From: Eukaryota sp. TZLM1-RC
Taxonomy: Eukaryota > Protista > Metamonada: BaSk clade
DNA: 64,000 nt
NCBI GenBank assembly: GCA_040285825.1
Contig: JAUPSS010000007.1
Coordinates: 396,501 to 460,500 of the forward strand
Direction of reading: 5' to 3'
The notes below the pieces were generated by a model. That model searched no databases. It was not told the origin of the DNA and was given only the letters and a program-made list of their open reading frames with translations. The translations under genes were made by a program, and so were the position numbers. Below, in pieces: positions 12,280 through 25,045 of the stretch; position 1 is the stretch's first letter, and each line of letters starts with the position of its first letter.

Positions 12280-13337
12280 TGCCACGTCATCATGACATAA
12301 ATTCAGTACCCCTCAATCATCCTCAGCTTTCTTCTCACCAGAGGATGCTCCCTACAAAATTTACATGTTCTGTGATCAACACCCAATCAGTGTACCATTC
12401 GTGTGTTTTTGCACAACCACATTCAACCTCATCAAGCTCTGCATCGTATCGTCGTTCAAGGATATTCTGAAACTCTCATCGCTTGCCTTCGTCACTCTCC
12501 CCATAGTCTATACTTGCTCAATGTTTCTCTCCATCTCGCTTCGATTTGATCTTGGTTTCCGCCATATGTCTCAAATGTCCAAATTATGCCTCGTCACGTC
12601 ATCAACGTGTTGTTTCTTTGGCCCTTGCATGCCCCACAGCGACAACGATTGTTTCCATAGCCTGGTTGCCTCCGATCGATCGCACATTATTCCCCACAAC
12701 ATACCCCTTCCAGTTGCCTTTCCGCGGTCTTTGGTCTTGGTTGACGTTTTTTGCTTTTATTTCATCCCCACCAAAGTTTAAAAGTATTTCAACTTATGAA
12801 AAAGATAATAATTGGACTGCAACTTGACGTAAATTTTCATTTTCTTGACTCAAATCCTCAATAATTTGGTCTTTTTCCTGCCGGTTTTTGCTTGTGTTTT
12901 GAATTAAATTCGTTAACCCCATGTTTTGCAGAAACAAAACTTCAGGACCTTCTTGACCAAATGAAAGCTCTTTTCCCTGATATTTGGCACCCAATAAGGA
13001 CAATCGAGTATTCAAACCAGCAAAAGCTTCAGTGTTTGTTAGTAACTCAAATAGATTCATCCCAATTTAAATTCAGTGACTAACAGAGAAACTGAAAAAA
13101 ATCAATTATTATTTGATTTAATTGTCAAAGAAGTGGAATCGGCTTTTTCAGCAATTTCAAGGAATATGTTTTCAGGCTTTAAATCACCTTGAATGACAGA
13201 TTTCGAATGAATGGAATTATTTTCCATTAGCTTTTCAAAACTTACAAAAATCATTGGTTTTTTATGGTTTTTTGATGAGGTGTTGATCACACAACATGTA
13301 AGTTTTAATTTAACAACTGTTTATTTTTAATTTTAGG
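12280..13337. repeat. Cassette A bounded by an inward-facing 28-bp repeat; contains a kinase fragment
   Basis: AAAACTTACATGTTGTGTGATCAACACC-like at 12356-12383 (+, 2 mismatches) and 13279-13306 (-). Fragment IHSKSVIQGDLKPENIFL at ~13102-13230 (-). Confidence 0.6.
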
Positions 13338-15059
13338 GTGCCTTGATGAAGGACTGCTTAAGGTTCTTGATAGTTAATTGTGTTCCATAGTTTTCTTGTC
13401 ATGTGAAATAATAAAGGAAATGTCTTGCTTCTATGTACAAAAAAGTATTGTGTTGGATATAGAACATGCAGCATATGTTTATCTCTTTGAAATAATTTAT
13501 TAATTAAATTCATCTCTGTCTCTTTTGAATCTCAACAATATACTATTCTTACGTGTGTTAGATATAACGTTTAGTTTACAAGATTCTGTTTTTTGTATCA
13601 TTAATTTTATTAGAAACCTATAAATCAGTGTAGGTAAAGCTTTCTAATGACATCAACGTTCCTGGACGGAGATGGTTGATCCATGTTGAGAACAAGGTAA
13701 ACGATGAAGAATAGAAATTGGTGGAATAATTTGTGTTTATTCCATGAAGTGCACAAATGATAAAAAAAGTTGTGAGTCGTTTATATCGCACCAGATCAAA
13801 TCGGGTGCGATGAGAAAAGGAGCTGCACAGTTGAATACTGAAGACAACTATTCTATAAAATAGCAAAAACTCGAGAAATAGCTGAAGAGGTGAACCTCAA
13901 ATCATATTTCTTTTCACCTTGATTTCCATCTATAAGATCGATTCAATCTTTCACCACATGCAACACATTCCTATCAATTTGACTTGTTTGTTTGTCCAAC
14001 AATTTTCTCTCACACTCAGAAGCGCTCTCTCTAGCACGCCGTGTGTTTCCCTAAAATCAGTTCAAGTTATTGAAACACACCATGATGTACCATAAGACAG
14101 TCAATCTCTGTATCAAAAATTGGATTTTTCGAAAAAAAAACAAATATCAATACAACTGAAATTTTCCAGGTCTGAATAATGCAGCATTAATTTGGTGAGT
14201 GTGAGTTAGTGAGCTTTTGTTAATTCAGATACACTCGATATCACTTTAGACTGTGAAGATCTGTTCAGTGGCAATTTGATATTTTGGCCAGTGAAACTTT
14301 TTTGTATTGATTAATGGTCACCTAGTGCGCAACGCGGGTTGAGCAAAAAACAAAAACAATTTGAACATACCACAAACGTTTCATCATGTTTGTTTTCTTA
14401 CATGCTACAATTTCTCATGTACCACAAATAGAGGTACAGAATATAAATTCATCCACCATATTTCAATAAATTTTAATTGGGCACGGTGACACCACAACGA
14501 AAGTCACGATGTTTTCCCTATTTTGCCGCAGATACGTTTATTATTGTTCGATCTCCCCTTGATTATTATTGAGGCGTCGCTTGTGATAACCAAAGACCTC
14601 GATGCACAAGCTATAGAGGCGGAAGAATGTGGAAAGTCAACATCGAAAGGACGTTTGACAGACGCTCTGTTAGACAAATGCCGTCTCCTGTTGATCACCA
14701 ATAACATAATGACGTAACCTCAAAATTTGTTTTAGGCTTTAAAGAAGTTGTAGAAAGTTTTAAGTCACTCAACGGAAATCCTTCTTTGATACAAATAAGT
14801 TTTTCAAAAATTGATAATTTGAAGAATTTTAAAGACTTGCTTCACACAGCCAAGATTCTCTTCCTGTTGAACAGTTTTCTAACATTCACCAATCTGAATA
14901 CTACAATGCAAAAAAAATATTTTACAGATATAGAAACAAATAATATAAAATATTATATTAATATTTGTTCATGAAACAAATATTGGATGTGGATTTGATG
15001 TTGGAATAATTTTCATAGATTCTATTGGTTTTAAATTTACACTAATTTTAATTACATCA

Positions 15060-15447
15060 ATATTAAATTCCGCTGATGTAATTGGAATACATTCTTCGAA
15101 ATCAATCATTTTAATATCCCATCGCTATTTTTGCGAAAATTCCGACTATGTGTATTATTATGTAATAACCCAGTGGACCAAAATTCTTTCAATACATTGC
15201 AACATTCAGCAAAATCCTTATCGTCAATATCAAATAATTTCTCAGTTCTTAATATTGGTCCATCCAAAACTTCAATCTTTGGAATGATCGATGGTTTAAT
15301 TGATTGAAGATATTCATAGATATAAATCTCTTTGAATAAAAATTTAATGTCTTGCTTGTTTGACATGTATGTTTCAACTTTATCTTTGTAAATTTCAACT
15401 ATCGCTTCATTTTTATTATGTACTTTCATTTGAAAAAACAAAATCAA
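15060..15447 (-). pseudogene. Decayed atypical kinase / phosphotransferase-like fragment
   Basis: KEIYIYEYL...IIPKI...LLHNNTHSRNF, followed after a frameshift by IDFEE, resembling the HxDxxxxN and DF motifs. Confidence 0.35.
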
Positions 15448-16145
15448 TTTTCTAAATTGTCACACAGCTAGATTTTTTCATCATTTGAAATCCATGATGA
15501 TGTTCAAAATATTTACCTTCAATTTTATACATTTCAAAAATATTATCCTTAATGTAAGAATTAATATAATTTGGAGATTATTTTCTATACAATAATTTTG
15601 CAAAAAAATTGCTTTTTGTTTGGTTAATGTCGAACTATTTATTTCCAACACTCCATTTGAATAAGATTTTTTTCATTGACTTCATCCTTCAATCGTCGAC
15701 CATAATCAGCTTCTTTTTCTCTGATGATTTTTTTCGCAAGGAGAGGGAATTGCTCTTTTCAAATTCTCTCGTCGTATTAACGAAGAGGATAGCTACCATA
15801 TAGTTTTATAAAATTTCTAGCTTTAGAAACGATACATTATCAGAAGAAGAAACAATTCTAGTATTAATAATATATTAATATAAAATGTCTTATTACATCA
15901 CCTGTAGTGATACAGAGAAGGGTATTGTCATGATTCCTGGAAATATACCCTCTTTGTCAACCACAAGTCAATTCAAAACTCTTTTTAAATCAAATAACAA
16001 CATCTTAAATGGAACCAATTTCACTTGTGGAAACTGTTATTCAATTGATTTTCGCAACCTATTGATATTCATGAGGGTATACAACATTGTGATGAAGAGA
16101 AACAATAATACTGAAGAAAATTTATGAACATGAATATAATTCTAT

Positions 16146-17114
16146 TTAAGCTCCAACTATTGCAAAGGGAGGAGGCATAACACGGTCTTCAGAAATCAAT
16201 TTACCACAATTTGAGTTCATGGCAGGCCCAGAACTGGATGATGATATCTGTCCCTTGTCCTTTAATATATCTGCCAAGGCAGATAAGAGTTTGTCAACTC
16301 CAGAAGATTTCAATGGTGTAATATGGCCAAACTTTTGTCTCAATCGAAAGAGCACAATATTGAATCCTTCTACCCGAAAATGACTTTCTTTCGCCATCAA
16401 CATCAAAACTAAGACACCGTCTGCATTTTCATCTAGTTTTTTCAGCTCGTTCTTGGTTATATCACGATTGGTGCCAGAAGGATTGTAAGGCATTTCTCCA
16501 ACCAGCATTTCATAGAATATAACTCCAAGAGCGAAATAATCAGCCGCAGGACCATACGATTTATCAATCGTGAACATTTCAGGGGGATGATATGGCGGAG
16601 TCATGGCACTTTGAAAAGCATTATCAGATATGGCTTTAAATGACGCAAGTCTATCAAAGTCACAGATGACAACATTGTTTTCATCATCCAAAAGTATGTT
16701 CTCAGGCTTTAAATCACGATAAGCAAGTTTCTTTGAGTGTAAGAACTGAATTCCTTCCACGAGTTGCCACAAGATCTTCCTTGCACAGTGTTTCTCTAAG
16801 GGTACACCTTTGTTGGGAGTACAACGTTGAGAAACACCGTAAATCAAAGTCGCAAGGTTTTTAGAATAGTACCTCATCACAACATAGAATTTATCCCCGT
16901 GACGAAAAGCATCAAGAATTGAACATAAGGAATCATGTTGTTGCGTCACTGCTTTGATAGCTTTGAATCGCTGTTCCTTCTCTTCAATGTCACGAGAGAT
17001 GACTTTGATACAATAGAACTTCCCGTTTCGGATAGCTTTGTAGACCGCTCCGTCAGCTCCCTTTCCAACAAGAGTAGGATCACTGTAACCAGGAATAAGG
17101 ATGGAAGATGTCAT
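16146..17114 (-). CDS. Ser/Thr protein kinase with DFD in place of DFG
   Basis: GKGADGAV, YCIK, YRDLKPENILL, ICDFD, TPPYHPPE, DYFALG. Intact 322-aa ORF. Confidence 0.88.
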   Translation of the reverse strand: MTSSILIPGYSDPTLVGKGADGAVYKAIRNGKFYCIKVISRDIEEKEQRFKAIKAVTQQHDSLCSILDAFRHGDKFYVVMRYYSKNLATLIYGVSQRCTPNKGVPLEKHCARKILWQLVEGIQFLHSKKLAYRDLKPENILLDDENNVVICDFDRLASFKAISDNAFQSAMTPPYHPPEMFTIDKSYGPAADYFALGVIFYEMLVGEMPYNPSGTNRDITKNELKKLDENADGVLVLMLMAKESHFRVEGFNIVLFRLRQKFGHITPLKSSGVDKLLSALADILKDKGQISSSSSGPAMNSNCGKLISEDRVMPPPFAIVGA

Positions 17115-17590
17115 GAACAGAAGAAAGACAGCGAAAATTTTGTTTTTTCATCCAAATATTCGTCCTGAAAATTTTCATTTTTTTGTTGGATTCCTGAATG
17201 ATTTTTTCTCTTGATAAAACTAGATTTCTCAGTCTCTTCACATCTCATTATTCCAGCATAAGTTTATATTAGGGCTGCATTTAGCTCAAAGTCAATTAAA
17301 TCGGAAATAAATGATATTTGAAACGGGACTTCATTTACAACTATAACAATCATGAGTTCTATTTGTTGTAGAAGAGTAACACCTTTGCGAATCACCAATC
17401 TTGCAAGATGGAATTATAGGTGAGGTGCATTAGAAAAGTAACTGCTGGGATTTTTCAATGAATTTGTTCAACAACAAAAAAGCCCCTCAATTGATCAATA
17501 TACTGTAAATTTATTTATTCTTTTTGAAAACAATACTTTCAGCAAAACAAAACTATTTGACATCCAAAACTCCCTTTAATTGAAAAAAAA

Positions 17591-18856
17591 CCTAAAATTA
17601 AAAGAAAAAACAGTTGTTAAATTAAAACTTACATGTTGTGTGATCAACACCTCATCAAAAATCCTATAATAAACCAATGATTTTGATAGTTTTCAAAATT
17701 TTAAGTTTCATTTTTCTTGTGTCCATAGCATCACCTGTAGTGATAAAGAGAAGGGTATGGTCATGATTCGTGGCAATAAATCCTCCTTGTCAACCACCGC
17801 ACTCTCGCACGCAACCTCGATCCGTTGAGAAGACATTGAGATAAACAAAGAAAACAATCAAGCTACTTTTAGCTTAAATGACCGGCGATGCCGAAACAAT
17901 TCCTTCTGGTACTGTATTTGGTATAAGAATTAACAAAAAAACTCAATTGTAGATTAATAGTAATGGAATACTGAACTCCAGTTCTTACACTCCAAATCAC
18001 TCGTACATGGAGACCTCAAGCCAGAGAATATTCTTGTTGTCAATGGAAAAGTCAAATTAGCTGACTTTGGAACCTCCAGGACTATTGCAAAGACTTCCAC
18101 GGCTACCAATCTTTCATGTACAGTACGATATGCCGCGTTAGAACAGCTTGATAACAAAGTTTCTCTTGCCTCTGACATCTATGCAATTGGAACTATCCAG
18201 TATAAAGTGATGTGTAATTAAAGACCATTTGAAGCAGTGTCTCATAATGGGCTTTGAGTGAACAACTTCCTCGTACTTTGGAAGATAAAAGGAAGAGTGA
18301 AGAAGAGTAAATGAGTGTTTCAGTGGCCAATAAATCAGCATCAGGTTTGGAATCAACTTAGATCCCTCTGTTAAAAAAAAGAGAGCAAGGAGCAACAACA
18401 CAGAGGTAGTTATTTCATGGAAGCAACAAGTGGACAAGACATTGAGGATGTTACTGGGAGTTTTAGAAACAACGGCAAAACGAGATAAACAGTGGCAACG
18501 TGTGACATATTGGCCGACCTGGGACAGCTTGTCAGAAGTCTAACAAAGGACATGCCTCTGCTACACTGTGTGACAATTGAAGAGCAGGTGAATCATCAGA
18601 GATGAGAACTTAATCTAGTTGAAAGATAAGAGAGCAAAGCGTACTACGACAGTGGTGGGGCAAACGGTGGCAGTTGTAAGATTTCAACGGTACAATGAGA
18701 TGCATCAGGGGTGCTGACATTAAAGGTAATGCATCAACGGGCAATTGACGTGGTGTTGATCACACAACATGTAAGTTTTGTAGGAAGCATCCTCTTTGTG
18801 AGGAGGAATAAAGGCTAAAGTATGTAATTTGGGCAAAAAGTCATGATGACGTGGCA
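17591..18856. repeat. Cassette B bounded by a perfect 28-bp inverted repeat
   Basis: 28-mer at 17624-17651 (+) and 18752-18779 (-). Interior has a kinase fragment and a ~70-bp piece also found at 15894-15965. Confidence 0.6.
17975..18221 (+). pseudogene. Protein kinase fragment (subdomains VIa-IX)
   Basis: LQFLHSKSLVHGDLKPENILVVNGKVKLADFGTS...SDIYAIG; no N-lobe. Confidence 0.8.
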
Positions 18857-19208
18857 AAAGGTGAAGTTCGATGATTATAAGGCTATGAACAGAGTGGTCA
18901 CGTAAAGAACATATGAAAATCAACAGCACAATATGCCACCTCACCAAACCAGAACGACTAGATGCAATTTTCTTATATAGTGGTATAAGAAGATTCAATG
19001 CATGAGAAATAATCTTCACCACAGATGTAACTCTGATGATCTTATTTACTATTGCCCAACCAAATACCATTATATGACTCCACGATCTTCAGGTGCTTCA
19101 ATGGTGCATTTCTTCATCAAGATTTTCAAAGTAAGATTCATTTCATTGGTGTACTACCGATGCGATAAACAACAGTTAATTCCCAGTAACGATATGAAAA
19201 TTTTTTTG

Positions 19209-19500
19209 TGACAAAGATATCGAAGAAGCTAATGCTGATAGAAATACACAGCTGGTTTTTATTGCTTTCCCATTTTCTATAAATGGAAGATTATCAGATG
19301 AAGCGGAAACTTTTTTGGATGACTTTCAAAAAATGGTGCAAGAAAAAACAATGAAAAGATTTGATATTTTTTTATGGCGTTCACGGATTCAATTTGCCAT
19401 TATTAATAGATTACCTCGGTTTTTCAATCGAATTGGAGAAGCTTTTGCTAGACAGTAAGCAGGTCAGGAATTTGTAGAGGAATTCTTGGTTCAATGATAG
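19209..19500 (+). mobile_element. 3' fragment of an RLE non-LTR retrotransposon, family B
   Basis: FPFSINGRLSDEAETFLDDFQKMV...FDIFLWRSRIQFAI resembles the family A C-terminus. Mirrored at 51240-51525. Confidence 0.65.
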
Positions 19501-19925
19501 TCGTCCCATTAGTTATGAGTTAATTTAATTAAGTGTGCAAGTTCAATAAATTAATCATTTCCTCTAATACCTTTTGTATTTGTAGATTTCAAGTAATTTC
19601 AGTAATTGATTTCAGCAATTTAAATGAAATAATATACAAATCTTCAATCATTTGAATAATGCTTCTTCGAAAGGTGTTTAATATTTGAAATTCTATTTCT
19701 ACAGCACCTATAATGGATATTTAAGTTTTGATTGGCACAACAAGTCAAGTTTCAATGAAACAATCTGGCAGTTCATTTTAACTGGAGTTTATTAAAACTC
19801 TCGAAACAAAATAAAAGTATACAAAAGCAAGATCTAACATCACATTAAATTTCATAAACAAACAAGGTTGGTTCAAAGATAAAAGTACATTTAATAAAAC
19901 TACTCAATGATGACTAAAGCTCGCC

Positions 19926-22256
19926 TTAATCCAAATGAAGAGACGAACTATGCCCAAGTTGAGAAACACCCTTGACTGGATACTGAATCCACCATGGAAA
20001 ACAAGATAATTCTACTATACATGTTTTTTGATTTTGTTTAACAGATTCAATTAAACCTTGATTAATGAATAATGATGGCGATAAATAGGATTTTGAAAGA
20101 ATGTCCATATCAGGACTAATCAATTGAATGAATTTCAAAGAGGGAAAGTTTTGTTCAGTGATATTGGTAGGAAGATGGCTATGAATAATTAATTCCTGTA
20201 AGTTTGGTGATTGTATTTGAACATCAACAGGTCCCACATCTGTTTCCAATTTAATAATGGAATAAGGCAAAGATACACGTCCATTCAAGATCCTTTCAGA
20301 AAGAGTACGAGGCATCACTACCAATTCTTTTAACGATGTAAAATAGCTTAAATCAGCAACTCCAATGTCTTTATGTTTTAGCACCAACTTCACTACTGAT
20401 GTGGGTAATTGTCCTATACAAAATTCACAATGCAGCTCTAGACATTTGAGATTTGATAAATGTGTCAGGTTTCTGGGGTTTCTGTCCGAATACACAATCC
20501 CCCTAAGCTGAACGACTTCAACACTTGGGAACAAAAACAATAAACGTGACTCATCAGCAATATTGTCATAGTAAATATCAAGTTTTTTGACCCTATTGTT
20601 AATTACATTGGGACCATTGTAAGTAATGGACAATCGCAACTGCAATTCACAAATATTTTCATCTAATTCTAAATTTTGAGGATCTTGTATACACATCTTG
20701 TTGTGAATTGGATGAACATTAAACACTTCTTGAGCAAACTGAACTACTTTTTTACTAATACCACATTTGGAGTGAAATCTTGCTTTGACATATGGATGAT
20801 TACCAAAGAGCTCCTGCAAATAATTCAAATATTCCCAATAAACAAGCTTAATTAGACCACTAAACATGATATGCAAAGGTTGTTTTGGATATCGGAAACT
20901 GCCAAGTATTTCAGAACCAAATACTTTGACAGGTTGTGGTCGATCAATCAAATCACCTGTACCTAATTGACCTTTCTTGTTCCTTCCCCAAGCCCAAACA
21001 GTGTTTTTGTTGTAAGCAAAAAGGAAGTCATGTCCTACTGAAATACCTTCTATTTCAGCGAAAGCTTCAACACAAATAGGGTGATAAAGAAATTCATATG
21101 ACTCACTGATTGCATTCAATTGACCCCAAACAAAAACTTTACCATTATTATCAATGGCAGAATAAACGCCTCGGTAGCCACAAATAGTAGCAATTCTACT
21201 TAAACCAAACACTTTGGTGGGATTGGTAATGATGAGCTCATTCTGGTCAATTTCAATCTCACACTTCCAAACAAAACCTTTAAAATCAATGACAAATAGC
21301 TGATTTTTATCCTTATCCTTCTCAAAAAAGAATGAACCCTGAACTGATTTTCTTGGCTCTAAATGTTGGGTCACTGATAGCTTGGTAGTACTTGAAAGGT
21401 GATTAGGGTATTCGTCATCAATGCCTATGGTATAATACTCAAGATCTTTGAATGGTGATCGGAGATCATAAGTTATATGGAACAAAAAGATATCGCCAGT
21501 TTCCTCTGTTGCTAGAAAAGAATCTCCATCTACTACCGCACCAACATCATAATGGGGAGCAAGATCAACAATATTACTCAACTCTTCTATAAATTCAAAT
21601 GATTTACCATATCCCCATTTCACAACACCGTCCTCTTTGGTTAAAGCAAATGAACAACACCCACCACAATAAAGCTCCTTGATGTTATAAGGAATGTCTA
21701 CCAGGGAAATGGGTAGTAACTTCTTACGTGACATGTTAATTTTCATATGTTCATTACAACCCCAACCAAACAACTTACCTTCGGATGAAAGAGCAAGGGA
21801 ATGTTCACAACCGGCTGAAATGGTTACAATATTGGTTAACGGTAATTTGATTGGCGATTTGATTACTTTAGGTCCATTATAAAGAACTTGACCATCGAAG
21901 TTATTGCCCCATCCATAAACCTGACCAGAATAAGTGAGAAGAAGGCTATGTCCCAATCCAGAAGAAATAGATTTGACTCCTAAGTACCGATCAACCGGAA
22001 GAGAGCAAGAATGAGTATGATGTAATGAAACTTGGAGATTGAGAGAGAGGCCAACCAAGTACAACGGAGCTGTGCTTGAATTGTGGGAGATGGTTTGAGA
22101 TGAAGTCTTTTGAATTCTTGATGATTGGTGTGAATTCAGAGCATGTGACTGAAGATCGAGAGAAGAGTTTGGGCAACAGTGAAAATGGTGTTCTGGGAAA
22201 CCAGAAGAGGTTGAGTTATCACGAAAGTCGCCGTGATGGGCTTCGTGGTGGCTCAT
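19926..22256 (-). CDS. RCC1-repeat + LRR-like family protein, copy 2 (ATG 22256)
   Basis: Intact ORF with RCC1 motifs, the conserved central block and an LRR-like C-terminus. Confidence 0.85.
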   Translation of the reverse strand: MSHHEAHHGDFRDNSTSSGFPEHHFHCCPNSSLDLQSHALNSHQSSRIQKTSSQTISHNSSTAPLYLVGLSLNLQVSLHHTHSCSLPVDRYLGVKSISSGLGHSLLLTYSGQVYGWGNNFDGQVLYNGPKVIKSPIKLPLTNIVTISAGCEHSLALSSEGKLFGWGCNEHMKINMSRKKLLPISLVDIPYNIKELYCGGCCSFALTKEDGVVKWGYGKSFEFIEELSNIVDLAPHYDVGAVVDGDSFLATEETGDIFLFHITYDLRSPFKDLEYYTIGIDDEYPNHLSSTTKLSVTQHLEPRKSVQGSFFFEKDKDKNQLFVIDFKGFVWKCEIEIDQNELIITNPTKVFGLSRIATICGYRGVYSAIDNNGKVFVWGQLNAISESYEFLYHPICVEAFAEIEGISVGHDFLFAYNKNTVWAWGRNKKGQLGTGDLIDRPQPVKVFGSEILGSFRYPKQPLHIMFSGLIKLVYWEYLNYLQELFGNHPYVKARFHSKCGISKKVVQFAQEVFNVHPIHNKMCIQDPQNLELDENICELQLRLSITYNGPNVINNRVKKLDIYYDNIADESRLLFLFPSVEVVQLRGIVYSDRNPRNLTHLSNLKCLELHCEFCIGQLPTSVVKLVLKHKDIGVADLSYFTSLKELVVMPRTLSERILNGRVSLPYSIIKLETDVGPVDVQIQSPNLQELIIHSHLPTNITEQNFPSLKFIQLISPDMDILSKSYLSPSLFINQGLIESVKQNQKTCIVELSCFPWWIQYPVKGVSQLGHSSSLHLD

Positions 22257-22800
22257 TGTTGTAGAGAGGGGTAATAGTTTATGGAAATCAATGATCACGA
22301 TATTTCTACCTCCAAATCAAAAATAAGCTATCTGAATGAATGCTTAAGTTAAACCGGAAAAAAACAACAAAATAAATAGTGTTAGACCTATTCTTGTTGG
22401 ATAATCATTAACCGGGTCCCTTTCTTCTCATCAATGATAGCAAAGTAACCACTAAAGCCAGAAATGTTTCAAGGCTTTTCAATTTGAAATTAAAACTAAT
22501 CAAGTCTTTCTGTGCTTTTGATGAATTGAATCATGTATTCACTATTGCATGACAACAAATACAATCCTGGTTTGAGTTTTTAAATAATTCTAAACCCTAT
22601 GCAGTGTATATCATTCTGGAGAAATTTGATGGGATTTCTGTGTACTTTGATCTTATTTGTTGACAAATGTCGGCTCTAATTATTTGCTTTTTTAATATAC
22701 AAATGTCTTGAAACAAAGTGACATTCCAGGCCTCTGTTCTAATGCTGGACATTACTGGATTTGCTGTGTAGTGTCTATTGCTAAATATAGATTGTATTAT

Positions 22801-25023
22801 CTATATTTTATTTACATCTACATAGTCACCAAATACATCAATCAACCAGCCATTAGCTGAATACTGAATCCACCACGGAAAACAAGATAATTCAACTAAA
22901 AATTCATTCTTGATTAGTTTAACGGATTTAATTAAACCTTGAATCTTAAATTTCAGTGGAGATAGGGGAGAATTAGACAAACTGTCTTTATCAAATCCCC
23001 TCAGCTGAATGAATTGCAAAGAGGGAAAGTTTTGTCCAGTAATATTGGTAGGAACAAGGTCAATTACCAATTCCTTCACCCTTGTTAACTGCATTTGAAT
23101 ATTAACGTGTACATGAAAACAGACTTCCAAGGTAACAATGGAATTAGATAGTGCAACTTCTCCTTTTAATACATTTTTTGAAAGGCGGCGAGATAACACA
23201 AGCAATTCTTTCAATGAGGTGAGATAGCTCAAGTCAGTGACAACAATTCTTTGATGTTTAAGCACTAACTTCGCTAGTGAGGTGGGTAATTTCTGTATAG
23301 TCACAGTGCAATCAAGCTCTAGACATTGGAGCTTTGATAAATGTTCCAAATTTATTGAAGACTTTCTACCAAGAATCGACCTTCCACCAAACCTAACATT
23401 TTCAACATTGGGGAAAAACTGAAACAGCTCTGAATCACCGTTAAACCCATTATAGTAAACATCAAGTTTTTTGATTTTTCTGTTAATTACATTGGGACCA
23501 TTGTAAGTAATGGACAATCGCAACTGCAATTCACAAATATTTTCATCTAATTCTAAATTTTGGGGATCTTGCATACACATCTTGTTTTGAATTGAATGAA
23601 CATTAAACACTTCTTGAGCAAATTGAACTGCCCTTCTACTAATACCACATTTGGTGTGAAATCTTGCTTTAACATATGGATGATTACCAAAGAGCTCATC
23701 TAAAAAATTCAAATATTCCCAATAAACAAGCTTAATTAGACCACTAAACATTCTATCCAAAGGCTGTTTTGGATATCGGAACCTGCCAAGTATTTCTGAC
23801 AAAAATAATTGGACAGGTTGTGGTCGATCAAGCAAATCACCTGTACCTAATTGACCTACATTGTTCCTTCCCCAGGCCCAAACAGTGTTTTTGTTGTAGG
23901 CAAAAAGAAAGTTATAGCCTAAAGAAATACCTTCTATATTAGTGAAAGTTTTGATACACTGTGGTTCCTCAGAATCTTCATAAAAATCACTTAATCTACT
24001 CAACTTACCCCACACAAAACCTTTACCATTAATATCAACGGCAGAATAAATACCCTCACAACCGCTGATAGAAACAATATTTGTTAAACCACCAATTTGA
24101 GTAGGTTTTTCATTAAAACAGAAATTGTCCGAGTTTTTGATGAACTTCCAAACATTACCATCAAAATCAATAACGAATAGACAATTACTGTCAAATAAAA
24201 AGGAGCTTTGGAAAGGTCTTTTTAGAGATGAGTGGTTAGTAATTGGTATCTCAGTGATGGGAGCGATTTCTATACTATCATCAAAACTATAATAATCATC
24301 AGAACTGGAATCAGCATGATCAGAACTATCTTCTTCACGTTGTAAGTTAAAACAGAAGAAATCACCATTTCCATCAATTGCTACAAACGAATCACCGAAA
24401 ACAGAAATGGAAGCAATACCATTCAATTCTTCTATTAATTCAAATGGTTTACCATCTCCCCATTTGATCACCTGACCTTCCTTGGATACAGCAAATGAAC
24501 AACACCCACCTCCATAAACTTCCCTTGGATTGAAAGGAATTTCGATTTGGGTAATTGGTAGTGAACGACTATAAGAAAGGCAAATTTGACTGTCATAACA
24601 TTCACCCCAGCCATATAACTTACCTTCAGAAGAGAGCGCAAGGGAGTGAGTAATTCCAGCTGAAATGGAGATAATACCAGTAAGTGATAATTTGATTGGT
24701 GATTTGATTCTACAAGGTCCATTATGAAAAACTTGACCATAGAAATTACGCCCCCACCCGTAAACCTCACCAGAATATGTGAGAAGAAGGATGTGCTGAT
24801 GAGACACTGAAATGAACTTAACCCCTACCCCTGGTTCCCGGAGAGGAATGTGAGAAGCAGCGGCAAGGGTTTGTTCAGAACTAAGTGGGCTTGTGGCAGA
24901 GTGACGAGTAATTGGAGCATCGGGCAAGAGATCAAGAGAAGGGTTTGTGAAAACATGACCAATGTGTTGTGTTGGAGAGTAGGAAGGAAAAGAGGTATCA
25001 GGAGAGACCTTTTTTTGAGGCAT
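22801..25023 (-). CDS. RCC1-repeat + LRR-like family protein, copy 3
   Basis: Intact 740-aa ORF; mirror of 45755-47983. Confidence 0.87.
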   Translation of the reverse strand: MPQKKVSPDTSFPSYSPTQHIGHVFTNPSLDLLPDAPITRHSATSPLSSEQTLAAASHIPLREPGVGVKFISVSHQHILLLTYSGEVYGWGRNFYGQVFHNGPCRIKSPIKLSLTGIISISAGITHSLALSSEGKLYGWGECYDSQICLSYSRSLPITQIEIPFNPREVYGGGCCSFAVSKEGQVIKWGDGKPFELIEELNGIASISVFGDSFVAIDGNGDFFCFNLQREEDSSDHADSSSDDYYSFDDSIEIAPITEIPITNHSSLKRPFQSSFLFDSNCLFVIDFDGNVWKFIKNSDNFCFNEKPTQIGGLTNIVSISGCEGIYSAVDINGKGFVWGKLSRLSDFYEDSEEPQCIKTFTNIEGISLGYNFLFAYNKNTVWAWGRNNVGQLGTGDLLDRPQPVQLFLSEILGRFRYPKQPLDRMFSGLIKLVYWEYLNFLDELFGNHPYVKARFHTKCGISRRAVQFAQEVFNVHSIQNKMCMQDPQNLELDENICELQLRLSITYNGPNVINRKIKKLDVYYNGFNGDSELFQFFPNVENVRFGGRSILGRKSSINLEHLSKLQCLELDCTVTIQKLPTSLAKLVLKHQRIVVTDLSYLTSLKELLVLSRRLSKNVLKGEVALSNSIVTLEVCFHVHVNIQMQLTRVKELVIDLVPTNITGQNFPSLQFIQLRGFDKDSLSNSPLSPLKFKIQGLIKSVKLIKNEFLVELSCFPWWIQYSANGWLIDVFGDYVDVNKI

Positions 25024-25045
25024 TGAAACAGATGATATCCATAAC

